Virus record (IMG/VR): IMGVR_UViG_3300033163_000002 | Location: 1,340-65,339 of that record | Strand: one strand, 5' to 3' | Length of the DNA: 64,000 nt | Source: a virus | Lineage: Duplodnaviria > Caudoviricetes | The notes under the pieces: model-generated | What the model was told of the DNA's origin: nothing | The model's input: the letters and a program-made list of their open reading frames with translations, nothing else | Databases searched by the model: none | Program-made: the position numbers and the translations under genes | Part shown: one piece after another, positions 37,939 to 46,928 of the stretch | How the letters are laid out: each line of letters begins with the position of its first letter | Numbering within the stretch: position 1 is the stretch's first letter

Positions 37939-38470
37939 AATCATTACCGCAATGCTAAATGCAATCGGGGAAGATCCTGATCGGGAAGGCTTAATCGACA
38001 CTCCGAATCGGATCATCCGATCATGGGCGGAAATTTATTCTGGATATGAAAAAGATCCTTTCGAGATCTTTCGCACCTTCACATCTGATGGGTATGATCA
38101 GATTGTTTTGTTGCGGGATATTGAATTGTATTCCATGTGTGAACACCATATGTTGCCTTTCTTTGGGAAAGCCCATGTGGCGTATATTCCGGATGGAAAG
38201 GTGTTGGGGATTTCCAAGTTGGCCAGATTGGTTGATATCTATGCCCGCCGGCTCCAGATTCAGGAAAGGATCGGGGATCAGGTAACCGGGGATCTGATGA
38301 AATATCTCCAACCAAAGGGAGCGGCCTGTATTATTGAAGCCACCCATATGTGCATGCGAATGCGGGGCGTTGGGAAGCAAAATTCCATCATGGTGACTTC
38401 CAGCATGCAGGGAGCATTCCGGGATCAGGAATCCACCCGTCAGGAATTGTTGCAATTGATTAAACACTAA
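37925..38470 (+). CDS. folE: GTP cyclohydrolase I
   Basis: [43 protein letters not shown]. Confidence 0.96.
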   Translation: MKSTEIITAMLNAIGEDPDREGLIDTPNRIIRSWAEIYSGYEKDPFEIFRTFTSDGYDQIVLLRDIELYSMCEHHMLPFFGKAHVAYIPDGKVLGISKLARLVDIYARRLQIQERIGDQVTGDLMKYLQPKGAACIIEATHMCMRMRGVGKQNSIMVTSSMQGAFRDQESTRQELLQLIKH

Positions 38471-38474
38471 AAAC

Positions 38475-39437
38475 ATGATGAAAGAATCAGAAAACAAAGT
38501 GCAATTGTTTCTGGATTCTGGTGCTTTTTCAGCCCTGACCCAGAAAACTGAAATCGATATTCAGGAGTATATCCAATTCATCAAAGATCATCGGGATGTT
38601 ATCCATGTGTATGCGAATCTGGATGTGATTTGCCAAGCGGATAAAAGGGGGAAAAGATCCACCCAGGCGCTGGAAGAAAGCGCGCGCTTATCTTTCCAGA
38701 ATCAAATGATCATGGAGAAAGCGGGATTGAATCCGATTCCTTGTTTTCATTTGGGGGAAAACCCCAAATGGCTCCGCCGATATCTGGACCGTGGTTATGA
38801 GTATATAGCATTGGGGGGAGCGGTGGGAAGCACCAGTTCAATCCTGATCAAATGGTTTGATAAATTATTTTCTGAATATTTGACCGATGATCAGGGGATG
38901 CCCCGGGTGAAGATTCACGCCTTTGGAATCACAAGCCTTGCTTTAATGATGCGCTATCCATGGTATTCAGTGGATTCTACATCATGGGTGGTTACATCCC
39001 GGATGGGAGCCATATATGTTCCCAGATATAAAGCAGGATCATGGATTTATGATGAAAATTCATGGAAGATCACGGTATCCAGCAAAAGCCCCACACGGAA
39101 AGAAAAAGGGGAACACATCGACACCCTCACTCCGGATGATCGGGGAATCATTCTGAATTATATCCATGACAAGGGGTATGAATTGGGGGCATCAGAATTC
39201 CGCTATGTGGATCAATCCCATAAGCCGGAAAAGGGGGTGGAATCATGGGCGGAAAAGAAACCGGAATCCAAATCAAAGAAACGTCTTTTGGAAATTATCA
39301 CAAAACCCGGGATCTCCAATAAATACCAATTACGGGATGAATTGAATATCATCTATTTTTCTGATCTGGAAAAAAGTATGCCGGCATGGCCATGGCCTTT
39401 TCAAAAAGAAGGGCGTCAGCAATCTTTGAACTTCTAA
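38475..39437 (+). CDS. dpdA: DpdA-like/tRNA-guanine-transglycosylase-like DNA 7-deazaguanine insertion enzyme
   Basis: FLDSGAFS, YANLDVI, IP.FH.GE, YIALGG, KIHAFG, WYSVDSTSW; directly after folE/queC. Confidence 0.75.
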   Translation: MMKESENKVQLFLDSGAFSALTQKTEIDIQEYIQFIKDHRDVIHVYANLDVICQADKRGKRSTQALEESARLSFQNQMIMEKAGLNPIPCFHLGENPKWLRRYLDRGYEYIALGGAVGSTSSILIKWFDKLFSEYLTDDQGMPRVKIHAFGITSLALMMRYPWYSVDSTSWVVTSRMGAIYVPRYKAGSWIYDENSWKITVSSKSPTRKEKGEHIDTLTPDDRGIILNYIHDKGYELGASEFRYVDQSHKPEKGVESWAEKKPESKSKKRLLEIITKPGISNKYQLRDELNIIYFSDLEKSMPAWPWPFQKEGRQQSLNF

Positions 39438-39450
39438 ACAAAAACATATC

Positions 39451-40083
39451 ATGGAAGAACAAAAGAAACTAACCAAATTTCAACAGGACTTTCTTGCCGG
39501 ATATGAGTGGCGGAAAGAAGCGATCGAGCAGATCAACAAATTATTTGAACCAGACAGATATATGTATTATGTCCGATTCCTTCATGAAGGACAATCTGTT
39601 CGGATGGGGGATCATATTGCCCGGAATAATACCATCGGGAATCGGATACTTGACCGGATGGATGACAAAGGGATCGGCTTGGAATTGCTATTGATCGATC
39701 AATCCACTTACAATACCAAGCAATTGATACTCCGGAAATTCACCGACGGAGATGTTTTTCTGAAAAAGCCATCGGATGTTTCCCCGGAGGATTATCTGAA
39801 AAGGATCCGGGATTCCCATTCCTTTTTGTATCTGGATGATGACTTTATTAAATTCGGATCCGGTTCCTATGTTGTGTTGCCCATGAAGGAATTACTGGCA
39901 GATCATCGATGCCAATTTCTGCTTTCCGATTCACCCGGGAATAAAACCCGGATGTCTTTGTATTCCAGTGGGAGAATGATGGTTCCTTCCACATTTTTGA
40001 AAAATCCAACCAACGGGGGGAATACCTTATTTGGATTCACCCCACCCCTTGCCCATGCTTTATCAAATCTTTTCAAAGGATGA
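39451..40083 (+). CDS. Hypothetical protein
   Basis: 210-aa ORF; ATGA overlap with the next gene. Confidence 0.65.
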   Translation: MEEQKKLTKFQQDFLAGYEWRKEAIEQINKLFEPDRYMYYVRFLHEGQSVRMGDHIARNNTIGNRILDRMDDKGIGLELLLIDQSTYNTKQLILRKFTDGDVFLKKPSDVSPEDYLKRIRDSHSFLYLDDDFIKFGSGSYVVLPMKELLADHRCQFLLSDSPGNKTRMSLYSSGRMMVPSTFLKNPTNGGNTLFGFTPPLAHALSNLFKG

Positions 40084-40229
40084 ATATTTATTTGGCCACA
40101 TGGATTCTGGAAAAATCACAAGGGGAAACCCTTACCCGGGTGGGACACAGGAATCGCCTGTTGAGTTATTTCCACACCAAACAAAAACCGGAATCTGAAT
40201 TCCGTAAATACATAAAGACAGGAAAATGA
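40080..40229 (+). CDS. Micro-ORF A (IYLA..RLLSYF family, 49 aa)
   Basis: Hand-translated MNIYLATWILEKSQGETLTRVGHRNRLLSYFHTK..; ATGA overlaps at both ends. Confidence 0.7.
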   Translation: MNIYLATWILEKSQGETLTRVGHRNRLLSYFHTKQKPESEFRKYIKTGK

Positions 40230-40405
40230 TCATATACCTTGCCGCTACTGCTCCGGGAAATGAAACCAAGCAAAAAAGGGGGATGCTGGGAATCCGCCAT
40301 CGCTTATTGAGTTATTTCCTGATTGTCAATCGGACGTTGGATTGTGATAAAGTTTTTAAAGCGATCAAAGATGAAAGTAATCTTCGCGGCAGCCGAACCA
40401 CATAA
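40226..40405 (+). CDS. Micro-ORF B (IYLA..RLLSYF family, 59 aa)
   Basis: MIIYLAATAPGNETKQKRGMLGIRHRLLSYFLIV.. Confidence 0.7.
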   Translation: MIIYLAATAPGNETKQKRGMLGIRHRLLSYFLIVNRTLDCDKVFKAIKDESNLRGSRTT

Positions 40406-40568
40406 TTTAAGGCATGGGGTGATCCGGAATGTTCTGCTTAGCTTTTATGACATCCACATTTCTTCCATCCCATTCCGAACAGAAACATTCAAAATCATAA
40501 AACATGAAAATTCAAAAAGAACAATTGCGGAAAGCATTGGAAATAGTGAAGCCGGGGTTGGCGAATAA
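40371..40568 (+). CDS. Micro-ORF C (VIFA..VLLSFY, 65 aa)
   Basis: MKVIFAAAEPHNLRHGVIRNVLLSFYDIH.. Confidence 0.6.
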   Translation: MKVIFAAAEPHNLRHGVIRNVLLSFYDIHISSIPFRTETFKIIKHENSKRTIAESIGNSEAGVGE

Positions 40569-41520
40569 AGAAATCGCCGAGCAGACCAGTTCCTTTGCTT
40601 TTATTGATGGATTTGTGGTGACTTATAATGATTCCATCAGCATCCGCCACCCCATCGGGGACATCGGATTGAATGGGGCAATCCGAGCGGAAAAACTCTA
40701 CAAACTCCTGACCAAAATCAAAAGGGATGAAATTGAAATCCAGATTGATGAAAAAGAATTGACCATCATGACCGGGAAAGCCGTGGCAAAGTTGGCAATT
40801 GAAGCTGAAATCACAATGCCCATTCTGGACATGAAAAAGATCATGAAAAAGTTTCAGGATCTTCCCGATAATTTTTCCCGGAATCTGCGCTTTGCCATGC
40901 AATCCTGCTCCCGTGATATGAGCAAGCCTGTTCTGACTGCCGTGCATATCCGGGAAAATGGGGCATTTGAGGGTTCGGATGGATTCCGCTTAAGCCGGAT
41001 CCGGGGGGATGGGATGCCTTGTCCAGATTTCCTGCTCCCAGCCGACACGGCCGCCCAAGTGGCAAAATTGAATCCGATCCGGATCCATCTGCAAGAAGCA
41101 TGGGTTCATTTCCAGAATGAGGAAGGATCCATTATCAGCAGTAGGATATTGGAAGATGATGTGTATCCTTTGGTGGATCATATTTTTGATTTCAAAGGGG
41201 AAAAACTTCAATTGCCTAAAGCAATCGCTGACATTCTGGATCGGGCCACAATCTTTTCCAGCGATTCAGATCATTTTCTGGATCAGAAAGTGGATGTTCA
41301 GATTGAAGATAATTCTGTTGTTGTTTCCGGGGAATGTTCCACCGGGAGTTATGCGGAAACCGCCAAAATGCGCTACGAAGGGAATCCCATCAAATTTGCC
41401 ATGACTCCCCATCTTTTCAAAGACATCATGACTGAAACCCATGAATGCATTGTGGGGGAGGGTCGGATTAAATTTACCGGTGAAAATTGGGAATATTTGG
41501 GAATGTTAAAAAATGATTAA
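40504..41520 (+). CDS. DNA polymerase sliding clamp (beta-clamp-like)
   Basis: 338 aa; AMQSCSRD.SKPVLTAVH, EGSDGFRL, ISSRI....YP; clamp loader nearby. Confidence 0.75.
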   Translation: MKIQKEQLRKALEIVKPGLANKEIAEQTSSFAFIDGFVVTYNDSISIRHPIGDIGLNGAIRAEKLYKLLTKIKRDEIEIQIDEKELTIMTGKAVAKLAIEAEITMPILDMKKIMKKFQDLPDNFSRNLRFAMQSCSRDMSKPVLTAVHIRENGAFEGSDGFRLSRIRGDGMPCPDFLLPADTAAQVAKLNPIRIHLQEAWVHFQNEEGSIISSRILEDDVYPLVDHIFDFKGEKLQLPKAIADILDRATIFSSDSDHFLDQKVDVQIEDNSVVVSGECSTGSYAETAKMRYEGNPIKFAMTPHLFKDIMTETHECIVGEGRIKFTGENWEYLGMLKND

Positions 41521-42750
41521 ATGAAAGGATTTTTCACAAAAGACCAAGTTGCTTCAAAATCCCGGCCGGATGGAAAGACATATTCCTGCTTTGCCTGTGG
41601 ATTATCAAAGGATGCCCAGAACCCAAAGATCAAACCCTTTGGTAATTTCAAAAAGCGAATCCTAAACATTGGGGACGCCCCTGATGAATTGGAAGATGAA
41701 AAAGGAATCCCATGGCAGGGGAAGACAGGTCGGATCCTACAAAGGGCTTATCATAAATTTGGGATTGATCTGGTGGACGATTGTTTGAATATCAATGCGG
41801 TTTGCTGCGCATCTACTTATAAAGATTCCGGGAATCCCAAACCCCCCGGAATGCACTCCATTGCCTGCTGCAGAAAAAACATTCTGAAAACCATCCGGGA
41901 ATATCAACCGGATCTGATCATGCTTTTTGGATTATCGGCAGTACAATCTGTGCTTGGCCACACATGGGGGAAGGATATGGATTCCCTTGCCAAATGGCGG
42001 GGGTGGGTGATCCCTGATCAGCAGTTTAAATGCTTGATCGCCCCCACCTTTCATCCATATTATGTTGAAAATAGTGATATTCAGGTGGAGACAATCTGGA
42101 AGCAGGACATCGGGCGGGCATTGAATTCTTTGGAAAGGAAAGAATGGCATCGGGCACCCAAGCCTGTGATTGAAGTCATTGAAGATCTTTCCGTGTTGGG
42201 GGAAATTAAATCCGATCTGATTGCATTTGATTTTGAAACCACGGGATTGAAACCCCATGCCCCGGGTCATCAGATTGTTTGCGCATCGGTGGCCACATCC
42301 ATCAATCATGCTTATGTTTTCATGATCCCCCCGAAAAGAAAGGATCTGCGCCCCTTTTTGGATTTATTGGGGAATCCGCTGATTGGAAAGATGGCCCATA
42401 ATATGAAATTTGAGGAAACTTGGAGCCAAGTCAGATTCCGGCAACCTGTTGCTAATTGGGAATGGGATTCCATGATCGCTGCACATATTCTGGATAACAG
42501 ACCTGGGATCACCAGTCTGAAATTTCAAACATATGTCAATTTTGGAATCCCAGATTATTCCACCGGCGTAGAGGCGCATTTGCGGGCTTCTGGGGATTCC
42601 GGGAATTCTATTAACCAAGTGTTGGATCTGGTTAGATCGCCATCAGGACGAGCGCAATTGCTTGAGTATTGCGCATTGGATTCAATATACGAATATCGAT
42701 TGGCGATGAAGCAGATTGATTTGATTGATTATGATTTTTTACCCTTTTAA
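41521..42750 (+). CDS. DNA polymerase N-terminal half: UDG-like domain + 3'-5' exonuclease (SPO1-like)
   Basis: CFAC, IGDAP..ED..G.P..G.TG, PTFHP; AFDFETTGL, AHNMKFE, DSMIAAHILD, YCALD. Confidence 0.85.
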   Translation: MKGFFTKDQVASKSRPDGKTYSCFACGLSKDAQNPKIKPFGNFKKRILNIGDAPDELEDEKGIPWQGKTGRILQRAYHKFGIDLVDDCLNINAVCCASTYKDSGNPKPPGMHSIACCRKNILKTIREYQPDLIMLFGLSAVQSVLGHTWGKDMDSLAKWRGWVIPDQQFKCLIAPTFHPYYVENSDIQVETIWKQDIGRALNSLERKEWHRAPKPVIEVIEDLSVLGEIKSDLIAFDFETTGLKPHAPGHQIVCASVATSINHAYVFMIPPKRKDLRPFLDLLGNPLIGKMAHNMKFEETWSQVRFRQPVANWEWDSMIAAHILDNRPGITSLKFQTYVNFGIPDYSTGVEAHLRASGDSGNSINQVLDLVRSPSGRAQLLEYCALDSIYEYRLAMKQIDLIDYDFLPF

Positions 42751-42752
42751 TC

Positions 42753-43472
42753 ATGGAAAAACAAATTCAATGGATGGGATTCAATTGGATCCCGCAGGAA
42801 AGATGGGGAACCGCCTACAAAGACAACACCAACACATGGATGGATCCAAAATGTGTAGAAGTGGAATCGGATCAGAAATCCCCCCTACATTTGCGCACAA
42901 AATACAACCCCCAATTCATTCATGAATGGGATCAATTGCGCCCGATTGCCATCGGATTGGTTTCCTGTGTGCATCATTTTTCCTATGGTCGGTTTATTAT
43001 TGAAGCGAAATTGCCGGATGTTCCTTTCGCCTGGCCGGCCTTTTGGTTATATTCATGGAAAGGATGGCCACCGGAAATTGATTTCTTTGAAGGATATGCC
43101 AACAGCCGGGGATCTTATTTTCAACCAACATTTCCAAATCTTTGCCAATTTTGGAAAATGGAAACCAATCTACACCTGCCATTGGCCGGGGAACCCTATG
43201 CGTTGGGGGCGAAAAGATTGGGGGGGATTGGGTGCCGGGATCCACGGGATCATTTCATAACTTACGAAGGGCGATGGCATCCAGATGATATTTCCATCTG
43301 GGTTGATGGAAAATTGGCCCATCGATGGGATATTCCCAGACAGACCCTGAATCAATTCAAACCCCCGATGAATCTACTGATCAACACTGGGGTTCAATCC
43401 GGGAAACATATCCCGCCGGATCAGGCGGATAGTGATTTTGTGATCAAATCTTTTAAATATATTCCGTTATGA
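42753..43472 (+). CDS. Glycoside hydrolase family 16 protein
   Basis: FSYGRF.IEAKLP, WPAFWL, EIDFFE catalytic motif, H..Y...W....I...VDG. Confidence 0.8.
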   Translation: MEKQIQWMGFNWIPQERWGTAYKDNTNTWMDPKCVEVESDQKSPLHLRTKYNPQFIHEWDQLRPIAIGLVSCVHHFSYGRFIIEAKLPDVPFAWPAFWLYSWKGWPPEIDFFEGYANSRGSYFQPTFPNLCQFWKMETNLHLPLAGEPYALGAKRLGGIGCRDPRDHFITYEGRWHPDDISIWVDGKLAHRWDIPRQTLNQFKPPMNLLINTGVQSGKHIPPDQADSDFVIKSFKYIPL

Positions 43473-44878
43473 TAATTTCCCCGCAAACAAAAGAAGCCTA
43501 CCGATTATTCCATGATGGGACGCTTGCCTTGGCGCGGGCTGAGCAACAAGGGATCCGGGTAAATATGGAATATTGTGAAAAGAAAAGTGATCAATTATCC
43601 CACAAGATCCAACGGCTGGAAGAACAATTCTACCGGACAGAATTCTTCAAAGAATGGAATAAAACAACAAGATCCCGAATAAATATTCATTCCAATGTCC
43701 AACTGGGTAATTTTCTTTATAAGGTGAAGAAATTCACCCCCGCAAACACCACGGCCACCGGGAAAGGGGGGACAGACGAAGAATCCCTGTCCCAATTGGG
43801 AATATCGGAATTAAATTTATTATTGGAAATCCGGAAATTGAAAAAAAGCCGTGACACTTATCTGGGATCATTCATCAGGGAAGCGGTCGAGGGATATCTC
43901 CATCCATCTTTCAACCTACATTTGGTTAAGACATTTAGGAGTTCATCGGATCGGCCCAATTTCCAAAACATTCCGAAAAGGGATGAAGATACCATGCGAT
44001 TGATCCGAAAAGCATTATACCCCAGACCCGGGCATCAATTGATGGAAGTGGATTATTCTGGATTGGAAGTCCGCATAGCCGCTGCATATCACAAAGATCC
44101 AACCATGCTTAAATATATTCTGGATCCTTCCACGGATATGCATCGGGATATGGCCGAACAAATTTTTCTGATGGATGATTTTGATAAATCGGATCCAACC
44201 CACAAAACCCTCCGATCCGCTGCCAAAAATGGATTTGTCTTTCCCCAATTCTACGGGGATTACTTTAAAAATTGCGCGATCAATCTGGCTTGTCGATGGG
44301 GTAAACTCCCGGAGGGCCGATGGAAAGCAGGACAGGGGATCGATTTCAATGGTGGAAAATTGGCGGATCACTTCATCGGGAAAGGGATCCGATCAATTGA
44401 TAAATTTACAGATCATTTGCGGGAAATTGAATCGGATTTCTGGAATAATCGATTCCCGGTTTATCAGGAATGGAAAGAAAAGTGGTGGAAGGAATATCAG
44501 AAAAAAGGATATGTCGACATGTATACCGGATTCCGCTGCAGCGGGGAAATGGGAAGGAATGATGCGATCAATTATCCAGTACAGGGGGCGGCCTTTCATT
44601 GCCTGCTCTGGTCTTTCATTCGGTTGGATGCGATCATGCAGCGAAAAGGATGGAAAACCCGATTGATCGGACAGATCCATGATGCAATTGTTTTGGATGT
44701 TCATCCGGACGAGCTGCATGAAGTGGGTTTGAATATCCGCTTGGTTACCACCGGGGATCTTCCCCGCAATTGGCCATGGATCAATGTGCCATTAGAAATT
44801 GATGCAGATCTGGGTGGTGTGGATGAAAGCTGGGCGGATCTGAAACCATATCAATTGCCTTATAATGTCCATAATTGA
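43469..44878 (+). CDS. Family A DNA polymerase, catalytic half
   Basis: RSSS.RPN.QNIP; motif A DYSGLE.R; motif B R..AK..F..FYG; motif C QIHDA. Confidence 0.93.
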   Translation: MIISPQTKEAYRLFHDGTLALARAEQQGIRVNMEYCEKKSDQLSHKIQRLEEQFYRTEFFKEWNKTTRSRINIHSNVQLGNFLYKVKKFTPANTTATGKGGTDEESLSQLGISELNLLLEIRKLKKSRDTYLGSFIREAVEGYLHPSFNLHLVKTFRSSSDRPNFQNIPKRDEDTMRLIRKALYPRPGHQLMEVDYSGLEVRIAAAYHKDPTMLKYILDPSTDMHRDMAEQIFLMDDFDKSDPTHKTLRSAAKNGFVFPQFYGDYFKNCAINLACRWGKLPEGRWKAGQGIDFNGGKLADHFIGKGIRSIDKFTDHLREIESDFWNNRFPVYQEWKEKWWKEYQKKGYVDMYTGFRCSGEMGRNDAINYPVQGAAFHCLLWSFIRLDAIMQRKGWKTRLIGQIHDAIVLDVHPDELHEVGLNIRLVTTGDLPRNWPWINVPLEIDADLGGVDESWADLKPYQLPYNVHN

Positions 44879-44900
44879 AACGGATATTCTGGGTATAATA
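44874..44900 (+). promoter_or_regulatory. Putative phage promoter ATTGAA-N13-GTATAATA (copy 4)
   Basis: At the polA stop codon; same spacing as copies 1-3. Confidence 0.55.
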
Positions 44901-44938
44901 TTAGGAAAGGATTTTTTTAATTTAAAACCCCCAAAAAC

Positions 44939-45298
44939 ATGACTAAACAAAAAGAAAAACCAACCCCGGCGGAAGCATGGGAAATAGTGAAATCCGTCAT
45001 GATCAATCAGATCAACGAAAAGGGGCCGGATACTGATGATATCCTTGAAATTTTGGGTGTCCCGGATGCCGAAACAAAAAGGGATGACGAGTATTGGGAA
45101 CCCATATTGGATAAAATTGAGAATAAATCGGACGACACCATCACAGGGGACATAGGCAGAATGTTGGAAGAAACCGAAGATTTTGGATCATTCCTTTTTG
45201 TTTATTGGCATTTTGCCAAGCATGAAGGGCGCCGCGAGCAACAGATTCAGATGTTTCGTAAAAAAATGGAAGCGCTCCTATCAATAATGGGGAAATAA
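44939..45298 (+). CDS. Hypothetical protein
   Basis: 119-aa acidic ORF. Confidence 0.65.
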   Translation: MTKQKEKPTPAEAWEIVKSVMINQINEKGPDTDDILEILGVPDAETKRDDEYWEPILDKIENKSDDTITGDIGRMLEETEDFGSFLFVYWHFAKHEGRREQQIQMFRKKMEALLSIMGK

Positions 45299-45300
45299 TT

Positions 45301-46209
45301 ATGAATCTATATTTGAAGCATCGACCAAAATCCCTGAATGATATCCGGGGAAACAAGGAATTGGTATCTTCCCTTTCTTCCATGTTGGAAGATCGGGGAA
45401 GATGCCCCCATTCCTTTTTGTTAACCGGACCGACCGGATGCGGAAAAACCACCATTGGTAGGATCATCGGGGAAAGCCTGAATAGCCGGGGGAATGATTT
45501 CCGGGAAATTGATTCAGCAGATTTCCGGGGGATTGACACCATTCGGGAAATCCGGAAGCAAAGCCTGTATGCCCCATTGGAAAGTGATTGCCGGGTTTGG
45601 TTGATCGATGAATGCCACAAGATGACCAATGATGCCCAGAATGCTTTGTTGAAGATATTGGAAGATACCCCATCCCATGTGTATTTCATTTTGGCTACCA
45701 CTGATCCCCAAAAATTATTACCCACCATCAAAGGGCGTTGTATTTCATTTCAGGTGAATCCCCTGAATGATTCTGAAATGCAAAATCTATTATTGCACGT
45801 GGTTCGGGAAGAGGGGGAAAAATTAGCAAAAACCGTTGTGGAACAAATAATTCAGGACAGTCTGGGACATCCCCGAAATGCCTTGCAGATATTGGATCAG
45901 GTCTTGCGCGTCCCCCCGGATCAACGATTGGAAACAGCGAAAAGATCTGCGCAGGAGCAATCCGAATCGATTGAATTGTGCCGGGCCCTGTTGGCAAGGA
46001 AATCATGGTCGGTTGTAAATAAGATCCTTTCCGGATTGAAGGATCAGGAAGCGGAAAGCATCCGCCGCCATGTTTTGGGGTATGCCCAGTCTGTCCTTTT
46101 GAAATCTGATCATGCCCAAGCGGCTATTATCATTGAATCGTTCTGGGAACCATTCTACGATATTGGATTCCCCGGATTGGTTTTTGCCTGTTATTCATCC
46201 ATTAAATAA
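45301..46209 (+). CDS. Clamp loader AAA+ subunit (DnaX-like)
   Basis: KHRP..L.DI.G, LLTGPTGCGKTT, IDECH, NALLKILED, TI.GRC. Confidence 0.9.
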   Translation: MNLYLKHRPKSLNDIRGNKELVSSLSSMLEDRGRCPHSFLLTGPTGCGKTTIGRIIGESLNSRGNDFREIDSADFRGIDTIREIRKQSLYAPLESDCRVWLIDECHKMTNDAQNALLKILEDTPSHVYFILATTDPQKLLPTIKGRCISFQVNPLNDSEMQNLLLHVVREEGEKLAKTVVEQIIQDSLGHPRNALQILDQVLRVPPDQRLETAKRSAQEQSESIELCRALLARKSWSVVNKILSGLKDQEAESIRRHVLGYAQSVLLKSDHAQAAIIIESFWEPFYDIGFPGLVFACYSSIK

Positions 46210-46216
46210 ACCCAAT

Positions 46217-46909
46217 ATGGAACCAAAGGAAAAGCGATTAGAAATACTGGAAAAGGCCCTTCATGATTTCAAACAGGAAAGGAAAAGGGCAAAAAGCATG
46301 GGCACCCCCCTGAATTCTTCATATTGGGGGCTTTGTCTTTACCTTCATGAAATGGGACATCTTCCCCCCGTAGACGCCGAGCGGATGGCCGGGAATTCAT
46401 TGAAGCAATTGGTGGAATATTTCCCAGAATTGGGAATTGCCTACACCATCTTAACCGAAAATGAAGATCCAATATATCCCAAACACGACCCATTTGATGG
46501 TGTGGGGTTTTGTGGTTTCCATGCCCCTTTGCAAACAGGACCAGGGGAATCACCTTCATATTGGTTCAAGACATCGGATATTAAATCCCGGATCAGGGTG
46601 CTGGAAAAAGCCTGCGAATTGTTAAGGGGTGAAATTGAGGTTGAAAGGGCTTATCAGGAAAAAGAACGCCGGGCAAAATTGAAAGGGGAAAACCAGAAAA
46701 AAACAGAACAACAGATCCTGCTAATGACCCGATTGCTGGCGAAGATGATCCGGTGTAGTGATTTGGGGATTCCTTTTCATTTTGAATTAGAAATCCGGCC
46801 GGTGTATTTGGATAATGATCCTTTTCAAACTTTATCAGATCTACCAAAAGCCTGCCATCAAATATACACGATCACACTGGACATTCCCAACATCCCAGAA
46901 AAAAAATAA
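46217..46909 (+). CDS. Hypothetical protein, paralog of 46929
   Basis: YWGLC.YL..G..YWF..D..SRI.VLE.A domain; start refined to MEPKEK. Confidence 0.65.
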   Translation: MEPKEKRLEILEKALHDFKQERKRAKSMGTPLNSSYWGLCLYLHEMGHLPPVDAERMAGNSLKQLVEYFPELGIAYTILTENEDPIYPKHDPFDGVGFCGFHAPLQTGPGESPSYWFKTSDIKSRIRVLEKACELLRGEIEVERAYQEKERRAKLKGENQKKTEQQILLMTRLLAKMIRCSDLGIPFHFELEIRPVYLDNDPFQTLSDLPKACHQIYTITLDIPNIPEKK

Positions 46910-46928
46910 TCCCAAACCCCCCAACGCC

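Noticed and set aside
42753-43472. Group I intron or homing endonuclease splitting polA
   Set aside because: The insert encodes a GH16 fold with no LAGLIDADG, HNH or GIY-YIG motif and leaves no flanking non-coding sequence for an intron core.
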